Assembly: GCF_006345805.1 (NCBI RefSeq)
Contig: NC_043011.1
Span: forward strand, 31,880,464 to 31,944,463
Source of the DNA: Octopus sinensis
Taxonomy: Eukaryota
Length of the DNA stretch: 64,000 nt
Direction: 5' to 3'
Of the stretch, positions 52,297 through 63,827 are shown piece by piece (the first letter of the stretch is position 1; every line of letters begins with the position of its first letter). A program made the translations under genes and the position numbers. Below the pieces are notes generated by a model. It searched no databases and had not been told where the DNA came from. It worked only from the letters and a program-made list of their open reading frames with translations.

Positions 52297-54011
52297 TATA
52301 TATATATATATATATATACACATACATATACACACACACACATACATACATACTTGATGTTTGGGCTAAATTTGACAGCTTGCACAAAAAGAAATATATA
52401 TATATATATATATATGCATATATGTATGCATTATAGCAATTTTATACATGTAAAATTTATCATAAATAAGACATGTTGAATTAGTCTTCACAACTTCAAC
52501 TATATTCAAATCTAAGACAACTGAAATTTGAAGTTAATTACAGTAAAAATTTGTTCAGGAATAGACCTAAATGTATACGTTAGCAAATTCCTCCTTGTTA
52601 AAATAGGTTATGTTAAAACATTTGTCAATGTAAAGGTTATCAATCAATACTAAATGAATCATCTATGTTTTGATATTATCTGTTACTGTAGCTATGAAAG
52701 TAGTTCACGGTATTCTAGTAATACAACTGCTAAGGCCTAAAATGTTGACATGTAAAACGCTTAAGCCTATGGATTTCCTACTAGGGTTACAGAATTTAAG
52801 TACACACACACACAAACACACAAACAAACACACACACACAAACACACATACACACACATATGTGCACGCACACACATGCGTGCATGCACACACACACACA
52901 CCTAGCACAGTAAGTAGATGTGCTATATTTAGATTTCAAATATATTCAGGTTAAGAAGTATTAGTTGTACAAAAACTATAAGATACAAAGAAAAGTCATG
53001 GTTTAAAAATGATTTTAAGAAGTATCATCATCATCATTGTCATTATCATCATCATCATCGTCATTGTTGTCATCATCATCATCATCATCATCATGTTAAT
53101 GCTGACCTCTCCATGCCTGCCTCGTCCATAGAGTTTAACGAGGCGGATTTTCTGTGGCTGGATGCCTTCTCTGTTGCCAACACTCACCTGTTTCTTCGTG
53201 GCCAGACATATTCCCACAGAAGATTGGAAATGAATTACACTGCTTGTATGAGAGTGACGATCATTTTGCAAGTACCACACAACATCAAGACAAGGAAACA
53301 CAAACATATATACACTCACACATACATACATATGACACATATATAATATGAGGGCTTTAGTTCACTGGTGATCCAAGCGAATAGGTACAGTGAGTAAGTG
53401 CCATAATTGGTCATCTGTTAGGTTCCAACTTGACAGCTGAGGCTGGAGTTAGGGATCCATATTAGGCTTCCATGTAAGCATTTATACAATAGAGGAAAAG
53501 GACATCAAAAACCAAGGCAGGACAAGTATCTCAAATCATTTAAAATAATTTACAATAATAATAATAATAATATAATAATAATAATAATATAATAATAATA
53601 ATAATAAATCATCATCATCATCATCATCGTTTAACGTCCGTTTTCCATGCTAGCATGGGTTGGATGGTTCAACCGGGGTCTGAGAAGCCAGAAGGCTGCA
53701 CCAGGCTCCAGTCTGATCTGGCAGTGTTTCTACAGCTGGATGCCCTTCCAAACGCCAACCACTCCGTGAGTGTAGTGGGTGCTTTTTACGAGCCACCGGC
53801 ACAGGGCCCAGAGGAGGTTGGCAACGTCCATGATTGGCTGGTGCTTTTACGTGCCACCAGCACGGACGCCAGTCAAAGCGGCGCTGGCATCAGCCACGTT
53901 CAGATGGTGTTTTTTACGTACCACTGGCACGGGTATCACAACTACAATTTCCATTTGATTTTTATTTTGATGTTGATATATATATAGATATATATGTATA
54001 TGTATATATGT

Positions 54012-54235
54012 ATAAATTAAGAAATGGATTTAAATGCAGGTGTTATTCAAATCTTTATACTTCCGACATATGGCTTATTGATGTGTTTTGTTTCTCTCTT
54101 TTCCCTGACGAGATGATTGCATTGTTTTACATCATTTTACTCCCTCTGGAGTAATATCAATGTTTTCTTCAAAACATATGTCTGAAGTATAAAGATTTGA
54201 ATAACACCTGCGTTTAACTCCATTTCTTAATTTAT
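54012..54235. mobile_element. MITE-like element with about 60-bp TIRs
   Basis: ataaattaagaaatgg...gacatatg / catatgtc...catttcttaatttat. Confidence 0.75.
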
Positions 54236-54889
54236 TTATGTTATACAAAAACATTTCACTATACCCTGGAATTTCTACCTTTACAGGTAGGCTTTGACAT
54301 CTTTGGCACTTATGTGAATTTTTGCTACCCTGTAACTATTTATTTTTTTTTTCTGTGTTATTTGTACACAGTGAAAAAATACGCATATATGATAGATCGC
54401 TAACCACTAAACCATTTTTTTTTTCTCTCTTAGTTTATTTCTGTGCTCCTTTCTGCTGAAGAGCGTAGGCTCAAAATGTAAAAGACTTTCTTACTTCCCG
54501 AGCATTAAACTAATACATCTGTTTGTTGTTTACACACCCGTCTTCATCATTTTTTTTTTCGTAAATTCTCACTATATATATATATACATACATGATGGCC
54601 TTCCAGTTTCCACTCACAAAGCTTTGGTAAGCCCAGAACTATAAAAGAATACAGTTATTCAAGGTGCCATACAGTGGAACGGAACCTGGAACCATGTGGT
54701 TAGAAGCAAACTTTTTACCATACAGCCATGCCTGTGCCTATCTAAGATGTAATTATAAGAAGTAACAACTGCTAAATTAAATGTAACCCCAAATCTAAGA
54801 AATCTAAGTAGAGAAATAAAGAAATTACAAAATATTAAGTGGTGCTGTAAAGTAATATCATAGTTTCAAGCAAATAGTTCACAAATTGA

Positions 54890-55300
54890 CGCAGGAGTGG
54901 CTGCGTGGTAAGTAGCTTGCTTACCAACCACATGGTTCCAGGTTCATTCCCACTGCATGGTACCTTGGGCAAGAGTCTTCTACTATAGCCTCGGGCCGAC
55001 CAAAGCCTTGTGAGTGGATTTGGTAGATGGAAACTGAAAGAAACCTATCGTATATATGTATATATATATATATATATGCATGTGTGTGTGTGTGTGTTTA
55101 TGTGTTTGTCCCCCCAATATTGCTTGACAACCGACAGTGGTGTGTTTACATCCCTGTAACTTAGCGGTTCGGCAAAAGAGACCGATAGAATAAGTACTAG
55201 GCTTACAAAGAATAAGTCCTGGGATCGATTTGCTCGACTAAAGGTGGTACTCCAGCATGGCCACAGCCAAATGACCGAAACAAGTAAAAGAGTAAAAGAG
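54890..55300 (+). mobile_element. SINE family A
   Basis: Full-length with (taaaagag)n tail. Confidence 0.92.
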
Positions 55301-55479
55301 TAAACCAATAAAAGGTCACCTTGCAATCAACCAATCAGCATAGAGTTGATGACCAAGCCTTAATGTGAATGTGATTTGTGTATGTATATGTTCCATCTAG
55401 TAGATCATAGAAGACAAAGACTTTAGTATCCTGCATATTCAGTATTGTAATCTTTACAAATTTCATAAGAGCAACAAAA

Positions 55480-56385
55480 TAAAATGTGCAATGGAAAATG
55501 TATGGAGTGAGTGTTCAGAAATGCTAAAGGCGGTTTAACAAATTCAAAAATGGTGATTTGAATCTTTTGGACCAACTGTTCTCAATATTGACACAATGAA
55601 AACAACAATTGAAGAAAATTTACATCAAATTATTGGGAATTGTCTCAGAGGTTTAATAAATCTGGCTTGATAAAACTGTACAAAATCATCTCAAGCAGAG
55701 TGGGAAAGTGTATAGAGAAGAGAAGTGGGTACCACATGAGTAGTCCCATGAGAATAAAGTAGTACATTTAACAATTTGCAACAAGTTACTAATCAGGAAT
55801 GAACAAATACCTTTACTTAATCAAATTGTAAGAAAGGATGATAAATGGATAATCTATGCTAATAATAAACATATGAAGCTATGGCTTTTGCCAAATGAAA
55901 ATCCAGTTCCGACACCCAAACCAGATCTACACCCAGAGAAGATTTTAGTGAGCATCACCACAGAAAAGGGAAAAGCATCACCCACAGAATGTTATCGTCA
56001 ATAACAAAAATAGCAATCAAGTTTTGCTCAAAAAACAACCAGCTCTTGTCAACAGAAAAGGACTCATCCAGCAATATGATAATGCATGGCTACATTCAGT
56101 GAAAATAACCCAAGAAAGAATAAATTCACTGAGCTGGGAGTGCTACCTCCTATCTCACCGTCCCTACTTACCAGACATAGCACCATCAAATTTTTCACTT
56201 ATTCAAGTTAGTTGAACATTTTACCAGTGGGGAAACATTCAGAAACAGGGACAATGTCAATATGGTGCTCCAAACATATTTCCTTTCCAAAGAACCTGAT
56301 GTTTTCATCTGAAGAATCACAAAACTGGTTTCAAGGAGGGAAAATGTTATTGCTAGCCATGGCAATTATATTTTGAACGAATAGC
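55480..56385 (+). mobile_element. Degenerate mariner transposase
   Basis: KWVPHE, DDKWIIY, QQYDNAWLH and HRPYLPDIAPSNF (YSPDLAP-like), with frameshifts. Confidence 0.8.
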
Positions 56386-56637
56386 AGGAGTGGCTGTGTG
56401 GTAAGTAGCTTGCTTAACAACCACATGGTTCTGGGTTCAGTCCCACTGCGCGGCACCTTGGGCAAGTGTCTTCTACTATAACCTCGGGCTGACCAAAGCC
56501 TTTCTTCTGTGGTAGTTATTGTTAATGATACAATAAACAATAATTTTACTGAATCTACCTATATCTAATTTCATTGAATTTATTGATCATCTCATTAATC
56601 TCTTATTACCCACCTCTCTCTCTCTCTCTCTCTCTCT

Positions 56638-56682
<45 letters not shown>

Positions 56683-57095
56683 CATACATACACACAAGTA
56701 TGTATGTCATTCTATCTATCTATCTATCTATCTACCTATGTATCTATGTATCTCTCTGTCTCTCCTCTGTGTGTGTGTGTGTGAACTCATTACATGAAAT
56801 GCAACATTACTTTACAGTCCTTCTAATAGTTTAATGTTATTAGATAAATATTCATTTCAAATTTTGGCTCAAGGCCAGTGCATTCGGGGGGGGGGGTTAA
56901 GTCGATTACCTTGACCCCAGTGTTCAACTGGTACTTATTTTATCAACCCCCAAAAGGATGAAAGGCAAAGTCGACCCAGGCAGAATTTGAATGCAGAACG
57001 TGAAGACAAATGAAATTCTGCTGAGCAAAGCTTGTGAGTGGATTTGGTAGACGGAAACTGAAAGAAACCCATTGTATATATGTATGTATATATAT

Positions 57096-57164
<69 letters not shown>

Positions 57165-57372
57165 GTTTGTGTATCTGTGTTTGTCTCCCCAACATCGTTT
57201 GACAACCGATGCTGGTGTGTTTACGTTCCCCATAACTTAGCGGTTCGGCAAAAATGACCGATAGAATAAGTACTAAGCTTACAAAGAATAAGTTCCAGGG
57301 CTGATTTGCTTGACTAAAGGCGGTGCTCCAGCATGGCTATAGTCAAATGACTGAAACAAGTAAAAGAGTAAC
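56385..57372 (+). mobile_element. SINE family A split by an approximately 520-bp insert
   Basis: Head 56385-56503 ends at ccaaagcctt; body resumes at caaagcttgtgagtgg (about 57026). Confidence 0.8.
56504..56782 (+). repeat. Direct duplicate of 61586-61870
   Basis: About 110 bp of near-identical non-microsatellite sequence, then the same ordered microsatellites (CT)n, (AT)n, (ACAT)n, (TCTA)n and gtctctcctctgtg. Confidence 0.9.
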
Positions 57373-57609
57373 AGAGTAAAGAGTATATGATTAGCATGTT
57401 ACATCATAAGCTACTATGCAAACATTTAATCAGTGCAGTGAGGATTAAAGGTAATATAAGGAGAAGAATAAAAACATTTGAATCACATTATTTAACGTTA
57501 GCTGGTGAATGTATGATCCACCAATGTCTTTAGAAAAGATGCTTAATCATCAGGTTAAAGACTATCAACCGACTATGTTGGATGATAGAGCAATATAATC
57601 CTTTCCAAA

Positions 57610-58000
57610 TCTCTATATATAGAAAGCTGAAGTTGTCTGTGTATGGCAGGTTTGGTAGCCTTCAACTAACACTATCTCCTCCGAGATCCTGCAGCACAAG
57701 TTGACTAAAATTGAGAGTATGATAGAAGAAGGCTTGCTCTTCCTTCCGTAGAAGAAAAAATTCAAATCAGACCATGTAAACACCAAAAATTATTTACATC
57801 AAAAAGGTGCTTTTTTTCTATGAAAATCCCTATTTTTTACGATCTTTTGACTGCTGTGTCACCATTTTACGGTGTATTTCAACCAGAAAAATGTTCACTT
57901 AAAGAGAATAACAAGCTACATAATGCAAAATTTTTACTTTTCAAAAATCCCAATTCTAAAGGGTCGAAACAAACCAAGCAACGCCGCGCGATACTGCTAG
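57610..58000 (+). mobile_element. Non-autonomous Helitron
   Basis: A|TC start, GC-rich subterminal segment and CTAG|T end. Confidence 0.65.
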
Positions 58001-58528
58001 TTATTGTTAAGTTAGGGATTTTGGCAAAAAATATTTCCAGTGCCTTGACTGTACAAAAGTCATATGGTGTTGTGTTACTGGTCAGAAGATTAAATCAGTC
58101 ACAATGCACCATTTTAGTCCATAGGAGACATAACTGTCATTGAGTTTCTTCAATGGCTAGATAGTGAGATTGATTTTTTTTCTATTTCAGAAGGGGTGGG
58201 TATGTACATGATGTCTTATTTTAAAATTATTTGCAGTTGAGATTATACCATACACACACACATATTACATATACTATATATGCTTTATTAGATGTAGTTG
58301 TTTTACAAAGTATTCATTGCCTATGTTCTTAGTTAAGCAATTCAGGTTAAAAGAGCAAATAGTAGAATAAATACAATTGAAATAACTAAGTATTACTAGG
58401 TCAACTTTGACTGAACTTAGCCATACAAGAGGAAGTAATACTTTTGGCTAGATTAGGTGTGGGTGGATAACATAGTTTAACAGTATTTTTATTAACAAAT
58501 CTAGGAGTGGCTGTGTGGTAAGTAGCTT

Positions 58529-60248
58529 AATTTTTATGCTGCGACGGAGAACTTCGAATTGTGGATTACCTGAGTAGCAGAATTTTGTTGCCAGTTGAAC
58601 TGTCTTTCTTCATTCCGTTTTTCTCACGTCTGTCTTTCCGTTCTTTCTTTGTGTTTTATTATTGACTTTCATTTGAACATTTTGTTTTGGAACATTTTAT
58701 TTTTATTTTTATTTTTGGAAAAAAATGGCAACAAAGAATACCGCTTTGGAGTGGCGAATTGTGGCCCCCAAAGATTGGCTTAAAAATTATACTGAGAGAA
58801 CGGTGGTGTTAAGGACCTACTCTAGGGTCCTTGAAACCATCGCTGAGTTCTCTCAGTCTGATATTGAGGAAGGGTTGGCAGAGTACCTACCAACTTTTCG
58901 ATTTATTCTTAGGGGAGCAAAGTATGGAACTGTGTGTGTTCTCTTTGACACCCCTACGGAGGCACAAAAGTTTGCGTGCCAACAGATGGAAGGGGAGAAG
59001 ATTTTGTTTCTCCCCAGATACGGTGAGTGAAAATTAACAAGAGTTTGGGTGAGTGGGCTACCACCCAGAATTGAGCCCGAGTGGATAGAGGAAATTATCC
59101 GCCGGGGTCTGGGTGGCAGCGGAGCCAGGCTCTTGAATGTCAGAATGCTTCCTGTGGCTGATTGGGTGGGGTCGAAAGCAATTTTGACCCTATGAACCCA
59201 ATCAGCCAAAGATTTGGTTTTACCAGATTTTTTAGCAATGGCCGGTTCCAGGTACCCAGTGATAGTTGAGGGACGCCCTCCCCCCCAAGTGTCACCTTTG
59301 CCTGGAATCAGGTAACATCAAGAAAAACTGTTGCCGGGACCAGGCAAAGGTCCTGGAAGATTTAATTAAAGAGGTGTCCCCTGTTCCCCCCCAGTGGAGG
59401 AAAAAGTTGAAGAGGAGGTAACCTCCTCAAAAAAAAGGGGAGGAAGAGAAAGAAGGGGGACAACAATGGTTGCCCGCCCATGGATCCTGAGACAGTGGGG
59501 GCGAGGGAGGGTTCTCCGGAAATGTTAGAGGAACTCCACCTTCCCGTCATAAAAGGAAAAAAGAAAAAGAAAAACGGGGCACTGCCGGGGACGGCATGTC
59601 CTGAAACCCATTCGGTGGGAGGTGTGCCACCGGAGGGTGGGAAAATATGACCTCACCGATGGGATGTATGCCACCAAGTGAGGGAGTTGAGGCTCCTCCC
59701 AGGGTGAGGAATGTATGTTCTGCTATCTCAAGGGAGGGGCTATCAACAGTTTTGTCAAGAATGAAATGGACAGTCGGATCCTGAGGGAACCGAATTGCAT
59801 TGACAGCCCAGAATGGCCTTCGCAGGTGACTGCTCTGGTGCTAGAAAGAAAGCAGTGCAATATGATAATTGACTTGTGTGGAGGCGAGTGTTTCAGAATT
59901 CTCCATTGGAGCCCCAGATTTCAGTTGCAACAGTGCCTGCAAGTTGCACGAGATTTGCTGGGGGAGGAAGTGTAGAGGTTTGTTGCCTCTGATTTGTGTA
60001 TAGACTGTAATTTTAGTTGTACGTACTTTTTGATCCAAAGAAATTGTATTTTTTGAATTGTGAGAGGGTCATTACCTCGGTGTATGTATTTTAAAAAACA
60101 ATATTTTAGAGAAGCAGAGGGTCGGCGGGCGCCTTCTGCCTTCTCCCATCTTCATCATTTTTCATCATAATCATCCGCTTCATTAATGTCTATGTCTAGC
60201 CCGCAAGCTACTCTTTGTAATGCCTTTATGGCAAATTTTTATGAAATA
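58529..60248 (+). mobile_element. ORF1-only (half-L1/Tx1-like) non-LTR element inserted into a SINE head
   Basis: 9-bp TSD aagtagctt (58520-58528 and 60249-60257) splits a family-A SINE. Pyrimidine-rich 5' UTR, gag-like ORF1, T-rich 3' UTR ending in aataaa; no APE or RT recognised. Confidence 0.75.
58725..59975 (+). pseudogene. Gag-like ORF1 with RRM-like segment and degenerate zinc knuckle
   Basis: MATKN..., RVWVSGLPPRIEPEWI, then after a +1 shift in a C7 run CHLCLESGNIKKNC (CX2CX4[N]X4C). Two in-frame TGA; Lys/Pro-rich tail. Confidence 0.7.
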
Positions 60249-60699
60249 AAGTAGCTTGCTTACCAACCATATGGTCCCGGGTTCAGTCCCACTGCGTGGC
60301 ACCTTGGGCAAGTGTCTTCTACTATAGCCTCGGGCCAACCAAAGCCTTGTGAGTGGATTTGGTAGACGGAAACTGAAAGAAGCCCATTGTATATATGTGT
60401 ATGTGTGTGTATATGTTTGTGTGTCTGTGTTTGTCCCCACAACATCTCCCACTTGCTCTACAATGTCATAGTAAAAATAAGCAATCACATCATTGAAATT
60501 TTAAAGCCACAAAATAATGCATGATTAATTCAAGACAATATGGATAAATAAGCATTTCATTTGACAGAGTAATCCTGAATGCCGAAGGGTTAAATAAGAA
60601 AGCGCATGTAGTGACAGCCCTTCACTTTAGCGCATGATTTCATGTCATTCCTGGTATCCCCAATTCTAATTTGCCATATAGGAATTACAATTAATAGTT

Positions 60700-60921
60700 A
60701 TTTCTTTATTGCCTACAAGGGGCTAAACATAGAGGGGACAAACAAGGACATTAAGTTGATTACATCGACCCCAGTGCATAACTGGTACTTAAAATATCGA
60801 CCCCGAAAGGATGAAAAGCATAGTCGACCTCAGCAGAATTTGAACTCAGAACATAACGGCATATGAAATACCGTTAAGCATTTCGCCTGGCATGCTAACG
60901 TTTCTGCCAGCTCGCCACCTT
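60700..60921 (-). mobile_element. SINE family B with 16-bp TSD
   Basis: aattacaattaatagt on both sides. Confidence 0.85.
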
Positions 60922-61008
60922 AAATTACAATTAATAGTATCAATTGTGATACTAGTAATCATAATAGTGATACAGTTAATTAAATTACAATTAATAGTAT
61001 CACCATGT

Positions 61009-61346
61009 GTGAAGGCACATGGCTCAGTGGTTAGAGCATCGAGCTTATGATTGTGAGGTTGTGAGTTCGATTCCCAGACTGGGCTGCGTGTTGTGTTCTT
61101 GAGCAAGACACTTTATTTCACTTTGCTTCAGTTAACTCAGCTGTTGAAATGAGTTGCGACATCACTGGTGCCAAGCTGTATCGGCTTTTCCCTTTCCCTT
61201 GGATAACATCAGTGGTGTGGATAGGGGAGGCTGGTATGCATGGGTCACTGCTGGCCTTCCATAAACGACCTTGCTCAGACTTGTACCTCGGAGGGTAACT
61301 TTCTAGGTGCAATCCCATGATCATTCATGACGAAAGGGGGTCTCCC
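61009..61346 (+). mobile_element. tRNA-derived SINE family C (partial minus copy at 23335-23480)
   Basis: tggctcagtggttagagc...gagttcgattccc head; 13-bp TSD agtatcaccatgt (60996-61008 and 61347-61359). Confidence 0.88.
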
Positions 61347-61731
61347 AGTATCACCATGTTACTAATCACTCAGTTATCTATTGTGATTGACAGAAGTTTA
61401 TTACAGTATATTTGGCTTGCATAAAATAATCATAATTTACGACTGCTCGATATTGTGATAGATTTAGCAAAATCTGTATTCTTAACCAGTGATGGTTTTG
61501 GCTATAAATTTTGCAGGGTAATTATCAATGTCAAATTGTAGAAACCTACACCTTTGTTTGGGATGTTAATGAAGTTAACTGATAACTTCCGTGGTAGTTA
61601 TTGTTAATGATACAATAAACAATAATTTTACTGAATCTACCTATATCTGATTTCATTGAATTTATTGATCATCTCATTAATCTCTTACTACCCACCTCTC
61701 TCTCTCTCTCTCTCCACACACATATATATAT

Positions 61732-61777
<46 letters not shown>

Positions 61778-61959
61778 TACATACATACACACATGTATGT
61801 ATGTATATCTATCTATCTATCAATCTATCTGTCTACCTATGTATCTCTCTGTCTCTCCTCTGTGTGTGTGCATGTATATATATATATATATGTATACACA
61901 CACACACACACATATATATATATACACACACATGTATGTATGTATGTATGTATTCATAC

Positions 61960-63135
61960 ATAGGGAGTAGCTGTGTGGTGGAGGAGCTAAGCTTGCTTTC
62001 CAGCCATGTGGTCTCAGGTTCAGTTCCAAATTTCTACTGTAGCCTCTGGTTGACCAAAGCCTAGTAAGTGGAATTGTGGAGGCGCAATGGCCCAGTGGTT
62101 AGGGCAGGGGACTCGCGGTCGTAGGATCGCGGTTTCGATTCCCAGACCGGGCACTGTGAGTGTTTATTGAGCGAAAACACCTAAAGCTCCACAAGGCTCC
62201 GACAGGGATGGTGGTGATCCCTGCTGTACTCTTTCACCACAACTTTCTCTCACTCTTACTTCCTGTTTCTGTTGTACCTGTATTTCAAAGGGCCGGCCTT
62301 GTCACTCTCTGTGTCACGCTGAATATCCCCGAGAACTACGTTAAGGGTACATGTGTCTGTGGCATGCTCAGCCACTTACACGTCAATTTCACGAGCAGGC
62401 TGTTCCGTTGATCGGATCAACCGGAACCCTCGTCGTCGTAACCGACGGAGTGCTTCCATCCAGTAAGTGGAATCAGTAAGCAGAAACTGAAAGAAGCCCA
62501 CTATAGGTTTTGAGTGTGTGTTGTGTGTTTGTGAGTACCCTCGTCTTAGTATCATGTGACGGTTGTAAACAACACTCATCGTCATACAAGTGAGGTGGCT
62601 TTCCTCCAATCTTCCACGAAAATATGTCCACCCATAGACGTTGACCCTCATCTCGCCCAAGGTGGATGGGTGCACATGGGAGCAGCCTGTGTTAGAGAGC
62701 TCTGACCGACCCCTCTTGTGAGTCTTCCCTCTGACACTAGGTTGTACCGGCGATTGCACATCCTAGCACACGTGTTAAGGGGGGATGCTTACTAGTAGGC
62801 GATGGCTAACCTCGCCTGCACTGGGAGCCCCGCAAGTAGCCCTCTAGTCAGCCAAGTCTTGGGTACCTCCATATCCACCACTAGAATCGGGCAGGTTCCT
62901 GTCTCCCATCGAGCAGCCATCGATTCGTGTCGCCGTGTACTGCCAGATTGGTTAGCTCATACCCAAGGGTAGTCCTGACTGTGACCAATCCTGTGGGGTG
63001 GGCTTATTTGGAAACAGGTGAGGGTTAGCAACAGGAAGGGTATCCAGCTGCAAAAATATTTGCCTCAATAAATTAAATCTATCCCATGGAAGCATGGAAA
63101 AGTGGACATTAACTGACAATGATGATGATGATGCA
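61960..63135 (+). mobile_element. Composite SINE host carrying two inserts
   Basis: Family A head, nested SINE 62075-62461, GC-rich insert 62630-63000, (GAT)n tail at about 63120. Confidence 0.7.
62075..62461 (+). mobile_element. tRNA-derived SINE family D, young (partial copy at 27700-27830)
   Basis: Head ggcgcaatggcccagtggttagggc...ggtttcgattccc; 12-bp TSD agtaagtggaat (62063-62074 and 62462-62473). Confidence 0.88.
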
Positions 63136-63155
63136 TGCATACACACACACACATA

Positions 63156-63372
63156 CGAGGAGGTGCTGAAAAGTTCCTGTTTTAAAGGGTATCACAAAAG
63201 GCCTTGTTGGAGGCCCAACCTTCCGAGTTCTTTTATAAGGCTTAGAAAAACTGAAGGACTACTGCAACAAGTTTGTGAATCTGAGAGGGGAATACATTGA
63301 ATAAAATCATAATTAACTGATCCTCCTATGTTTTCTTTTACCCAAAACCTGGAACTTTCCAGCACACTCTTG
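63156..63372. mobile_element. Mariner-derived MITE
   Basis: Imperfect TIRs gaggaggtgctgaaaagttcc / ggaactttccagcacactctt; TA on the left. Confidence 0.7.
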
Positions 63373-63379
63373 TGTGTGA

Positions 63380-63446
<67 letters not shown>

Positions 63447-63787
63447 AACTAAATAATGAGGGTAGAAATTGATATTAATCAATTAAAACCAGTGGTTTAG
63501 CATATTTAAAAAATCTGAAGATTAAAAATTATATTACATACAAATTAAGAGGAATAACCACCAAGGTGGTGATGAGTTTGCAGGCATTTACATTCATAAA
63601 TATTAACAAGTGAAACTAGTGGTACGTAGGTAATCATTTTTATTTCGTATATTTTCATTTGTCTTGCTCCTTTTTATATTATGGCATTTGCCGAAATTTT
63701 CTTGAGAACACACTCTTCATGGTAAGGCGATTTAACATTTATCTTTAGCATATTAAGAAGTCAATTTGGTGGTCATTCCTCTTAATT

Positions 63788-63827
<40 letters not shown>

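Larger units (their letters stand above)
58503..60450 (+). mobile_element. SINE family A host split by the ORF1-only element
   Basis: ggagtggctgtgtggtaagtagctt | insert | aagtagcttgcttaccaacc... Confidence 0.85.

Noticed and set aside
52692-52740. Possible plus-strand terminal exon YESSSRYSSNTTAKA*
   Set aside because: Only an acceptor and a short frame; cannot be linked to any upstream exon.
61009-62150. tRNA-like cloverleaf heads
   Set aside because: They continue into SINE bodies and are bounded by TSDs, so they are SINE heads rather than tRNA genes.
62760-62820. HDV-like ribozyme
   Set aside because: J4/2- and P4-like pieces are present, but P1, P2 and P3 could not be paired consistently.
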